Shown here piece by piece: positions 42,849 through 51,681 of a stretch of 60,662 nt of DNA. The DNA lies in the NCBI GenBank assembly GCA_944383245.1, contig CALWOU010000005.1, positions 1 to 60,662 of the forward strand, in the 5' to 3' direction. The translations under genes and the position numbers were made by a program. Positions within the stretch are counted from its first letter, which is position 1. The number at the start of each line of letters is the position of its first letter. Below the pieces are notes generated by a model. That model was given only the letters and a program-made list of their open reading frames with translations, ran no database searches and had not been told where the DNA came from. This DNA is from an uncultured Clostridia bacterium. Its GTDB lineage: Bacteria > Bacillota > Clostridia > Christensenellales > UBA1242.

Positions 42849-43217
42849 ATGCTAGACAAAAAATCTACAGCAGTTTTGAAAGCATTGAATAAATTAGCAA
42901 TAAATAGTGCGTATAAGGTTGTCACAACTGATGAAATTATATCTAATTTAACGCAAAAATCGCAGTTTGACACTGACTGTGTGAATGAAATAATGTCCTA
43001 TCTTGGAAAGCAAGAGTATATCAACATCAAATTTAGCGAGGAAAACACTTATTGCTATTCACTGCTTCCAAAAGCGAGAATATTATTAGAGCAAAGTGAT
43101 GGAAAGATTAAACAAACTAAACCTAATATGCCGTTTTTAAATTATGTTTATATTTTCATCGCGTCTTTTGTTGGAACTATGCTAGCGCTAATTATTTTCT
43201 TTTTAATAACGTTATAA
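42849..43217 (+). CDS. Hypothetical winged-helix-like protein with C-terminal TM (paralog A)
   Basis: Helix-helix-helix-beta-hairpin pattern (AVLKAL...DEII...IMSYL..QEYI...YCYSLLPKA); C-terminal TM. Confidence 0.7.
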   Translation: MLDKKSTAVLKALNKLAINSAYKVVTTDEIISNLTQKSQFDTDCVNEIMSYLGKQEYINIKFSEENTYCYSLLPKARILLEQSDGKIKQTKPNMPFLNYVYIFIASFVGTMLALIIFFLITL

Positions 43218-43225
43218 GGATTGTT

Positions 43226-43585
43226 ATGTTAACATTTAAAGAAAAATATGTAATGGAATATGTTTATCAAAAATGTCAAGGCAAGAAATCTTGCCTTATT
43301 TCGCCACGCGAGATTATTTCGCACGCGTCGGATAAATATGTCATCTACCCTGACGAACTTGAAAAGATTATGACCAATCTTAGTTATGATAACTATATTG
43401 AACTTTTCAAGTCGGACAAAAAAGGTAGTCCTGTTTTTTGTGTTTCGTTAAAAATTAAAGGCGAGGGCTTTCATAGAGAGCTATCAAACAATAAGCGCAA
43501 TTTTTTCTTATTACTTGGAAGAACAGTTGCATTTGCAGCAATTAGTGCGCTAATCGGTGTGCTAATTAGATTTATATTTTTGTAA
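43226..43585 (+). CDS. Hypothetical winged-helix-like protein with C-terminal TM (paralog B)
   Basis: Aligns by eye with the upstream gene (EIIS, IMxxL, YI, CxSLxxK); C-terminal TM; 9 nt from uvrB. Confidence 0.7.
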   Translation: MLTFKEKYVMEYVYQKCQGKKSCLISPREIISHASDKYVIYPDELEKIMTNLSYDNYIELFKSDKKGSPVFCVSLKIKGEGFHRELSNNKRNFFLLLGRTVAFAAISALIGVLIRFIFL

Positions 43586-43594
43586 GAAGGCGCT

Positions 43595-45550
43595 ATGGAG
43601 TATAGAGATTTTGAGTTAGTTTCTAAATACAAGCCAACAGGCGACCAACCTGAAGCGATTGAAAGTCTTGTTGAAGGAGTTAAAGACGGATTAACCGCGC
43701 AAGTTTTAAAAGGTGTTACAGGTAGTGGAAAAACTTTCACTATGGCAAACGTAATTGCAAAGTTGAACCGCCCAACTCTTGTGCTTGCTCATAATAAAAC
43801 ATTGGCAGCACAGTTGTGCAATGAATTTAGAGAATTTTTCCCAAACAATCGCGTTGAATTTTTTGTTTCGTATTATGATTACTATCAACCTGAAGCATAC
43901 ATTGTTTCTAGCGACACTTACATTGAAAAAGATATGAGTGTAAACGACGAAATTGATAAACTTCGTCATAGTGCCACGAGTAGCCTTCTAGAGCGCAGTG
44001 ACACTATTGTTGTGGCATCCGTTTCGTGCATATATGGTTTAGGTGCGCCAAAAGAATATTTCGATTTGCATATTTCTCTTCGTGTTGGCGATAAACTTTC
44101 GCGCGAAGATTTAATTAAAAGGCTTATTAGCATTCAATACACTCGCAACGAAATTGATTTTACACGTTCAACTTTCCGTGCGCGTGGCGACGTTGTGGAT
44201 ATTTTTCCAGCAGATAGCAGTGACCACGCGATACGTGTGCAGTTTTTCGACGATGAAATTGAAGAAATTTCTGAGTTTGAAGTTGTAACAGGTAAAGTTA
44301 CGAATAGATTAAAGCACGCATCAATCTTCCCTGCTAGCCACTATGCGGTTGGTAGCGAAAAATTAAACAAAGCGCTTGAAGACATTAAGCACGACGCAAT
44401 TGAGCGCGAACAATATTTCACTCGCGAAGGAAAATACATTGAAGCGCAAAGAATTAAAGAGCGCACGAATTATGACCTTGAAATGATGAAAGAAATGGGA
44501 TATTGTTCGGGAATTGAAAATTATTCAAGGTATTTTGACGGCAGACGCCCAGGCGAACCGCCTTATACTCTACTTGACTATTTTCCAGACGGATTTTTAT
44601 TATTTGTGGATGAAAGTCATATCACTTTACCACAGGTTCGCGGAATGTATAATGGAGATAGGGCGCGAAAAACAAGTTTAGTTGACTATGGTTTTAGGCT
44701 TCCTAGTGCGTTTGATAATCGACCGCTAAATTTTGAAGAATTTAATGCGCGAATTGGTCAAGCAATTTACGTTTCAGCTACACCTAATGAGTATGAATTG
44801 TCACTCGCTGGAAATGTGGTTGAACAAATCATTCGCCCTACATACTTGCTTGACCCAGTTGTTGAAGTACGACCAAGCGAAGGTCAAGTTGACGATTTAT
44901 TTGATGAAATTAACAAAAATATTGAAAAGCACGGAAAAGTTCTTATAACCACACTAACTAAGAAAATGGCGGAAGATTTATGCGCATACTTTGGCGAAAA
45001 CGGGGTTCGAGTTAAGTATTTGCACAGTGACATTGACACATTGGAGCGCATTAAAATAATTAACGAACTTAGAAGTGATGAGTTTGATGTGCTTATTGGA
45101 ATTAACCTACTGCGCGAGGGCTTAGATTTACCAGAAGTGACACTCGTTGCCATTCTAGATGCAGATAAAGAAGGATTTTTGCGAAGTGCTACCTCATTAA
45201 TTCAAACAATTGGTCGTGCTGCTAGAAATAGTGAAAGCAAAGTTATAATGTATGCCGATAGAATGACTGATAGTATGAAAGTAGCGATTGATGAAACGAA
45301 TTATAGGCGCGAAAAACAAATTGCGTACAACACTGCGCACAATGTTAAACCTCAAACCATTAAAAAAGCAGTTGTGGATACTCTTAAAATCAGAATGGAT
45401 GCAAAAGAAGAAAAAATGGACAAAAAAGATATATCTAAAAAGATTGAGCAATTAAAAGGAATGATGACAACCGCTGCTAGCCAATTAGATTTTGAAACTG
45501 CAATAAAACTTCGCGAGGAAATAGCAAAGTTGAAACGAAAATTGAGATAA
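43595..45550 (+). CDS. uvrB: Excinuclease ABC subunit B
   Basis: [49 protein letters not shown]-terminal UVR domain. Confidence 0.98.
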   Translation: MEYRDFELVSKYKPTGDQPEAIESLVEGVKDGLTAQVLKGVTGSGKTFTMANVIAKLNRPTLVLAHNKTLAAQLCNEFREFFPNNRVEFFVSYYDYYQPEAYIVSSDTYIEKDMSVNDEIDKLRHSATSSLLERSDTIVVASVSCIYGLGAPKEYFDLHISLRVGDKLSREDLIKRLISIQYTRNEIDFTRSTFRARGDVVDIFPADSSDHAIRVQFFDDEIEEISEFEVVTGKVTNRLKHASIFPASHYAVGSEKLNKALEDIKHDAIEREQYFTREGKYIEAQRIKERTNYDLEMMKEMGYCSGIENYSRYFDGRRPGEPPYTLLDYFPDGFLLFVDESHITLPQVRGMYNGDRARKTSLVDYGFRLPSAFDNRPLNFEEFNARIGQAIYVSATPNEYELSLAGNVVEQIIRPTYLLDPVVEVRPSEGQVDDLFDEINKNIEKHGKVLITTLTKKMAEDLCAYFGENGVRVKYLHSDIDTLERIKIINELRSDEFDVLIGINLLREGLDLPEVTLVAILDADKEGFLRSATSLIQTIGRAARNSESKVIMYADRMTDSMKVAIDETNYRREKQIAYNTAHNVKPQTIKKAVVDTLKIRMDAKEEKMDKKDISKKIEQLKGMMTTAASQLDFETAIKLREEIAKLKRKLR

Positions 45551-45575
45551 AACGAACATCGAGTTCGTTTTTTTA
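45549..45575 (+). terminator. uvrB terminator
   Basis: AAAACGAAC-ATCGA-GTTCGTTTTTTT. Confidence 0.75.
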
Positions 45576-45760
45576 TGTTTTATTTATCTCCATACAATTT
45601 ATCTCACTGCTCTTTATATTTATTCTTTATTTATATATCATACATTGTTTATATTTTTTGCTTTGATTGTGTTTATATTTTGTTTTTGTATATATAATTA
45701 ATTTTGTGTGTTTTTTAAAGTTGGAAAATAAGAATTTATAAAAAAATAATAAGAATAGAT

Positions 45761-45796
45761 AAAAAATATGAAGTGAGAAATTCACTTCATATTTTT
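45761..45796 (-). terminator. Terminator of the 1283-aa gene
   Basis: AAAAAATATGAAGTGA-GAAAT-TCACTTCATATTTTT. Confidence 0.8.
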
Positions 45797-45801
45797 ATTT
45801 A

Positions 45802-48800
45802 TTATTCAACTTCGCCTGATTTTGGTTCTTCGTCTGTTGAATCTTTTGTTTCAACTGTTTCTTGGCTTTCAGTGTTATTATCAGAAGTTTCTTCAACTAT
45901 TTCAGAAGTTTTTCTTGATTTTCTACTTGTTCCGCCCTTTTTACCTGTGAATGTGAAGAATAAGATTACTCCTGCCAAAATCACAAGTGAAAGAACAATT
46001 AAGACAGTTCCAACAACTGTGTCGTTAGTGTTATCTTCAGGTGCGGTTTCAGTTACAACTTCGAATTTAATTTCTTTAGTTGCAGTGTTAGAATAACTAT
46101 CTGTCATAGTCAAAGTAAGAGTACATTCGCCTGTGCCTGAAATTGTATACAAGCCTGTTGTTTCACTGCTTTCAGTAACGTTGTCACCGGTTAGTTCAAC
46201 GGTTAAGTTTGTCCAACTAGTCATTTTTTTACTGCTACCGCTATCATCTCTATCCCAAATCTCTAATTTTGTGTCGTGAGTATAGATGGTTGTATCGCCA
46301 CTCTTAACAACAATTTCAAGTGTATTTTTAGACCTATTTAGGTTGATTTGATAAGATATTTGAGTTTCGCCGTCATAGATTAGATCTTGCCCTAACACGT
46401 CCTCGCCAACAATTGTGAATGTTGGAGCAACGTTATCGCCCACTTTGATTTCAAAAGTTTGCTCTATTGAACCATTTGAAGTTGTTGCAGTGTAAGTTAC
46501 AGTATAAGTTCCTTTTGAATTTTCGTTAGTTGTGAACATCCACACTTGATAACCATTTAATGTTACAAGTTTGGCATCTCCTGCAACAGGAGTATGTCCG
46601 TCTGGATCAAGAACATTAACTACAACAGTTGCCGTTTCATCGCCTTGACTTGCTGTTAAATAAGGAAGATAAACATCTTGACCTGTACGTGCTGTTGTTT
46701 GAACAGTTATTTCGTTATCCCAAGTTGTCTCTGGCAAAGTGATATTAACATAGATTACTCTTTCAACAGCAGTTCTGCCATCATATTCGCCTGTTACTTT
46801 AACTGTGTAACTACCAACATCGTTGAATGTGTAAGAATTGCCATTTTTCTCGTAATCTAGTCCGCCATTATCGTCAACAGTGACAACCACTCCGTCATCT
46901 GGCAAAACTTGTTTTCCATCTGAAGCATATAGAGTTGGGTCAAAAGTGATTGTTGAACCCATTTCGGCTGTTACAGTGTTACCTGACTTAGATATTTCAT
47001 CATCACTTGTAACTTCGACGTTCAAAATTGGGTCTGAACTATCCTCAACAACAAATGTGAAGTAAACACTAGTTGTGTTGCCTGCATCATCTGTTGCAGT
47101 GTAGATAACATAATATGTTCCTACTTGAGTTGTTTTAATTGTGCCTCCGATAATTGAATTATCGCCGAACACTTTTCCGCTTGTAGATAAATATTGAAGT
47201 CCTGCTTTTTCAGTTTCTGGTGAATTTACATAGTAAACAACATTCATTGCAAGGGTTGAGTCTGCATCAGTAAATTGAATTGCTGGAAGGATAACATCTT
47301 CTGCTTGATTGAACACTTTTTCGCTTGTAACAGTTGTGCTACCATCAATCAAATCACCATATGTTCCGTCTGATAATGCAATTATATCAGCTACAGGAGC
47401 ATCGGTTTCAGTTGAGTTTTCAATAGTGAGAGTTCTAGAATCAATTCCCACTCTGTTATAATCATTTAAGCTTACTGCTACTATAGTAATGTTTGGATTT
47501 TCACTATAACCTGTGAAATCTACAACAAATTCGGTGTTGTTAACTTCATCTTGAGTTGCAACTGCAAAACCATTGTAACCTAGGTCTACCATTTTAGTGA
47601 TTAATTGTGGATCATCTAAAAGGTTGCATTTGTGTTTGTTTGTATCGCTTTCATCGTCGGCAAGGATTGCATTCATAGCAGTATATAAATCTTGTTCAAA
47701 CACACTTGAATAACCCTCATCTAATACGGTTTCAGATGTTGAGTTGTAATAATAGAAAACTGCATTTTTAAGTCTACTATCGCCCTCATCAGTTGCTGAG
47801 ATATAAACAGTTAAATCTTCATTACTGCTTACTGTATCATTATTTCTAATATTGCTAATATTTGTGATTGGAGTGGTTTGTTCACTTTCATCCAAGCCTT
47901 CCTCAGATCCAACTGTTGCACGCGATAAAATGTTGAAAGAATATCTAGTTGTGCCAGAAGAATAAAGGTTAGATTCTTGCACTTTTATAGTGTTAGAGTA
48001 AACGTAGTAACCTAAAGTATATTCGCCAGCATAACGCGAAATATCACTTTCTTCGCCACTCTCTGTGAATTGGAATTTAACTGCCCTGTTATAATTTCTA
48101 TAACCTGGGTTTGTGGCTACGTCTGCAGCATAGTTATAACCCGTTTCGCCCTCAGTTACTTCAACCAATTCACCATCCTCAAATTTATAGTTATCAAGAT
48201 AATAAATTGTTCTAGTATTAGTGTTTTGAATGTAACGAACGAATGTAAAATCGCTATATTTACTTACACTATCAGTTGCATAAATTGCTGGGAAAACAAG
48301 TTCGTTCCATCCATAATTTGCTTTTAAATCAACAGCATAATTAGTGTTAACATCGTCAACAATTTCTCCGTCAACAGTGGTTGTTGTAGGAGTTTGATTG
48401 CCAGCCTCTCCCTCTAACTCATAATCATAAGCCATATAAATAGTTGGAGCAGTGTTATCTGTTACGTTTGACAATCTTACTTGAATAGATTTTTCGTTTC
48501 CATACGCGTCAACAATAGTGTATTTAACAAGGTAATTACCAACTAAATCTCTATAATCAGTGACATTAGTAAATCCATCCTCGCCCGTTGTCATATTAAA
48601 GGTGTAGGTGTTGTTTGTTAAAGTTTGTTTAATTTCAGAATTGTTTGACTTAGTGATTTCTATTGATTTTAAGTTGAATGATGCGTTATTAGAAATTCCG
48701 TCGCTAACAGTGATTGAAGGAAGAGTTACATCAGTGTCTCCCAATTCAATTGTTGGCATTGATTGAACTGTCAAGCGCAAGTCGTCAACGGTTGGTTCAA

Positions 48801-49653
48801 CGAAATCTTCTGAAACGTCGATAACAAAGGTTTGAGTAGGACGGTTTGCACCATAATTGTAGGTGTATTCTATAGTATATCTACCCTCTTCACTTGGAGT
48901 TAGGTAGTATCTTTGAGTGTCCTCATCAAATTTAAGTTTACCATCAACTTCATTTTCAGCCAAAATTGCGCCGTTATAGTAAACTACAGGTTTAATCATT
49001 TCAGACAACTCAACATACTCATCTTCGCCTGCAAGCTTAACGTTTGCAACAGGAAGTTCGATTTCCTCAGTTGATGGTGCCATATTGCTTGGAAGAAGAA
49101 CATTTAATCCAGCATTCTCGCCTTCACGAATAGAAAAATCAAGTTCGTATGAAACGTTTTTGACAGTTACAGAATAAGTGTTTGAATAGTACGTTTTATC
49201 TCCAATTGTTACAACGTAAACAATTGAATATTTACCGCTATTTCTAACGTTTACTCTTAGACCTGGTTTTTCAGGGTCTTGCAATTTAGAATCGTCAAAA
49301 AACTCATCCGCATCTGGATTTGTTGCTAAATTTTCTTGAACGACATAATCGTGGTTTTGACCTGCTGGGTCAACAACACGAATAGTGTAACTATCTAAGC
49401 CTTCAGTTTCGCCAAAAGAAGAACTTAGAAGTGGAATAACAAATTCCTTGCCTTCAACGGACATATCAATTGTCCCCTTAGGCATTTTGATTGAATTCAT
49501 AGCAAGTTTATAGTTAGTTACTGCATAATTGATTGCGTCATAACTCGTTGCAGCATAAGACGTGAAAACAGGGCTTACTGCAAAGATAAAACTTATCACA
49601 GCGAATGCTATGAAACTAATGATTAATTTAAAATATCTCTTAAAAGTTGCCAT
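45802..49653 (-). CDS. Large Ig-like-repeat surface protein with C-terminal TM anchor
   Basis: Signal peptide (SYA/A); repeated D..AP and GTY.V.YTATD..GN Ig-like motifs; C-terminal TM plus charged tail; no LPxTG or SLH. Confidence 0.8.
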   Translation of the reverse strand: MATFKRYFKLIISFIAFAVISFIFAVSPVFTSYAATSYDAINYAVTNYKLAMNSIKMPKGTIDMSVEGKEFVIPLLSSSFGETEGLDSYTIRVVDPAGQNHDYVVQENLATNPDADEFFDDSKLQDPEKPGLRVNVRNSGKYSIVYVVTIGDKTYYSNTYSVTVKNVSYELDFSIREGENAGLNVLLPSNMAPSTEEIELPVANVKLAGEDEYVELSEMIKPVVYYNGAILAENEVDGKLKFDEDTQRYYLTPSEEGRYTIEYTYNYGANRPTQTFVIDVSEDFVEPTVDDLRLTVQSMPTIELGDTDVTLPSITVSDGISNNASFNLKSIEITKSNNSEIKQTLTNNTYTFNMTTGEDGFTNVTDYRDLVGNYLVKYTIVDAYGNEKSIQVRLSNVTDNTAPTIYMAYDYELEGEAGNQTPTTTTVDGEIVDDVNTNYAVDLKANYGWNELVFPAIYATDSVSKYSDFTFVRYIQNTNTRTIYYLDNYKFEDGELVEVTEGETGYNYAADVATNPGYRNYNRAVKFQFTESGEESDISRYAGEYTLGYYVYSNTIKVQESNLYSSGTTRYSFNILSRATVGSEEGLDESEQTTPITNISNIRNNDTVSSNEDLTVYISATDEGDSRLKNAVFYYYNSTSETVLDEGYSSVFEQDLYTAMNAILADDESDTNKHKCNLLDDPQLITKMVDLGYNGFAVATQDEVNNTEFVVDFTGYSENPNITIVAVSLNDYNRVGIDSRTLTIENSTETDAPVADIIALSDGTYGDLIDGSTTVTSEKVFNQAEDVILPAIQFTDADSTLAMNVVYYVNSPETEKAGLQYLSTSGKVFGDNSIIGGTIKTTQVGTYYVIYTATDDAGNTTSVYFTFVVEDSSDPILNVEVTSDDEISKSGNTVTAEMGSTITFDPTLYASDGKQVLPDDGVVVTVDDNGGLDYEKNGNSYTFNDVGSYTVKVTGEYDGRTAVERVIYVNITLPETTWDNEITVQTTARTGQDVYLPYLTASQGDETATVVVNVLDPDGHTPVAGDAKLVTLNGYQVWMFTTNENSKGTYTVTYTATTSNGSIEQTFEIKVGDNVAPTFTIVGEDVLGQDLIYDGETQISYQINLNRSKNTLEIVVKSGDTTIYTHDTKLEIWDRDDSGSSKKMTSWTNLTVELTGDNVTESSETTGLYTISGTGECTLTLTMTDSYSNTATKEIKFEVVTETAPEDNTNDTVVGTVLIVLSLVILAGVILFFTFTGKKGGTSRKSRKTSEIVEETSDNNTESQETVETKDSTDEEPKSGEVE

Positions 49654-49683
49654 TTTGTCTCCTATAATATATAAGTCTAGAAT

Positions 49684-49712
49684 ATTCTAATAAATACAGA
49701 AATTTTTGTCAA
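49684..49712 (-). promoter_or_regulatory. Strong sigmaA promoter of the 1283-aa gene
   Basis: TTGACA-N17-TAGAAT. Confidence 0.8.
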
Positions 49713-49827
49713 ACAAAATAATGCTAATTTTAGAAAGTTTACACAAATAGTTTGATGACAAATTCAAATTTTATAATAAGAAAAAAAACTAGTTTTGTCG
49801 ATTTCTGACGACTTAACTAATTTTTTA

Positions 49828-50352
49828 CTATATTTTTTTAAGTTGCTCTTCTGCATACTCTTTCGTAATAAAGTTAAATTCGTCGCTACTTGCCAAAAAA
49901 TATTGCCTTTCTCTATGGTTATTAAGTTTTAATAAAAACTCGTTGTCAAGCATCTTATATCGTTCAATCAAAATATTGTTTAACACTTCAAAATCTGTGC
50001 TGTTTATATCTATTAATGCGTGTTTATTTTCAATTGCCCATTCAATTGGATTTACTTTGGATGTGTTGAAATTGGTTAGCACGTTCATATCCTCAGGTGT
50101 GGTTACAACGCGCGTGACGATTTTGATTTTTTCAAGAATTGTTCGTGGCAATTCCTTCACTGCATTTGCATCCAAATAATAAAATTCACACAACTTTTGT
50201 GGCTCGCCAAAAATGGCTTCGGCGTGTTTTTGACGTTTTAATATCACTCTATCGCCATACACTCCGCGACCGCGCTTGTATTCGACAATTTCATAAAAAT
50301 TATTTATCAAAAAGTCTAATTGAGGCCAATTTGCTGGATTAACCTTTGTCAT
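49828..50352 (-). CDS. Hypothetical soluble protein, second gene of the HicB-like operon
   Basis: 174-aa ORF; SD AGGT; starts 12 nt after the HicB-like gene. Confidence 0.7.
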   Translation of the reverse strand: MTKVNPANWPQLDFLINNFYEIVEYKRGRGVYGDRVILKRQKHAEAIFGEPQKLCEFYYLDANAVKELPRTILEKIKIVTRVVTTPEDMNVLTNFNTSKVNPIEWAIENKHALIDINSTDFEVLNNILIERYKMLDNEFLLKLNNHRERQYFLASSDEFNFITKEYAEEQLKKI

Positions 50353-50364
50353 ACTAACCTACTT

Positions 50365-50637
50365 TTAAGCCAATGCATCTACTAATAAAACAATGTTTTT
50401 CTTTCCGTATTCTTTATACACTTTTTCAAAATCAGTTGGAGATTCAATCTCACAGTTGAATTTGATGGCGCAATCAACAAGTGAGCATAAATCTACTTTT
50501 GCTCTAACATATGCGCTTTCAACTGTTTCGCCGTCAGTGATAATGCCTAGGTCTGGAATCTTGATAGTGTACCAACCCGTGTTGGTGCCAGACTCATCGT
50601 CTTTAAAAAGTATTGCAGGATAAACTAATTCTTTCAT
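50365..50637 (-). CDS. HicB-like antitoxin N-terminal domain protein
   Basis: LVYPAIL...YTIKIPDL.IITDGETVESAY..AK..L...IESPT HicB pattern; no C-terminal HTH/RHH; start moved to ATG 50637. Confidence 0.8.
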   Translation of the reverse strand: MKELVYPAILFKDDESGTNTGWYTIKIPDLGIITDGETVESAYVRAKVDLCSLVDCAIKFNCEIESPTDFEKVYKEYGKKNIVLLVDALA

Positions 50638-50683
50638 TTTCCACCTTCTTTGTATTTTATTCAAAATTTAGTTAATCATTACG

Positions 50684-50712
50684 ATTATATCATAAAAAAA
50701 ATTTAATGTAAA
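50684..50712 (-). promoter_or_regulatory. SigmaA promoter of the HicB-like operon
   Basis: TTTACA-N17-TATAAT with TG extension. Confidence 0.7.
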
Positions 50713-50842
50713 ACAAATAAAATGTAAATTTAAAAAAATAATTGTAGATTTTTTGATATAACCTTATCAATATTTGAACAAATAATCTGTGAAACGCGCT
50801 CTGAAAAATTACCACATTGCATAATATTCTCTAATATTAAAT

Positions 50843-50870
50843 AAAAAAATTCTCACTTGATGTGAGAATT
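50843..50870 (-). terminator. Terminator of the 115-aa gene
   Basis: AAATTCTCAC-TTGAT-GTGAGAATTT, with a T tract on the minus strand. Confidence 0.75.
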
Positions 50871-50881
50871 TAATTATCGAA

Positions 50882-51229
50882 TTACATTGCTAAACCTTTT
50901 GAGTTTTCTTCATGTGCATCAACTCTTGCTCTTGCATTTTTAGCACGCCTTTTTTTCATCATGCGCTCCATCATTGTGTTTGAGATTTTAGGTTTTTCAG
51001 ATTTTTCAGATTTTTCTAATAGCTTTAGAACCATATTTTCTATTTTATTATTTTTTTTCACATTTTCGGCGAAAACTTCCCTAACTGCTTGAATTGTTGC
51101 AGGAGATGTTCCATTAACAACGTCAGCATTCTTCGTTAACATATTTCTGAATTTATTTTCTCTTTTCATTTCTTCAATGTGTAACCTATAGAACTCTATT
51201 TTTGCTCTTAATATATCTGCTGGGTTCAT
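50882..51229 (-). CDS. Hypothetical basic helical protein
   Basis: SD AGGAGG; own promoter (TTTACA-N17-TATTAT, 51253-51281) and terminator. Confidence 0.75.
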   Translation of the reverse strand: MNPADILRAKIEFYRLHIEEMKRENKFRNMLTKNADVVNGTSPATIQAVREVFAENVKKNNKIENMVLKLLEKSEKSEKPKISNTMMERMMKKRRAKNARARVDAHEENSKGLAM

Positions 51230-51641
51230 ATCTCCCTCCTATTTATGACTACATAATAACACAAAAAAATTAATTTGTAAATAGATTTTAAGATATTTTT
51301 TAAATTAATTTAAAAATATTTTTTAATTGCTTGAGATTGCCTATTTTATAGCATATTTTAAAAGTTTTTTATTTTTTATTTTTAATATTTTTTAATTTTT
51401 TTTATTATTAAATTTTCATATGTTCATTATTTAAATATTTATATAAAATTTATAATTTTTATTTAAAATTCTTAATGAAAAATTATGCGTTCCATTTACA
51501 AATATTAATATTTTCTATTAAAAATGATGATAAAAAATTTAATGTTTGTTACCAATTTAAATTGATAATATTAATAATAATTAATATAATGCTTGATTTT
51601 TTTATAAAGATTTTTATTAAAATTTTTGTGTTTTAAAAAAT

Positions 51642-51676
51642 AAAAAAACTAGCATTGGTTTTAAATGCTAGTTTTA
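51642..51676 (-). terminator. rpoC terminator
   Basis: AAAACTAGCATT...AATGCTAGTTTT with a T tract on the minus strand. Confidence 0.8.
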
Positions 51677-51681
51677 AAAAA

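Noticed and set aside
45553-45567. CGAAC-ATCGA-GTTCG resembling a LexA (Cheo) box
   Set aside because: The spacer is 5 nt rather than 4, it lies downstream of uvrB, and it forms a terminator stem like that of valS.
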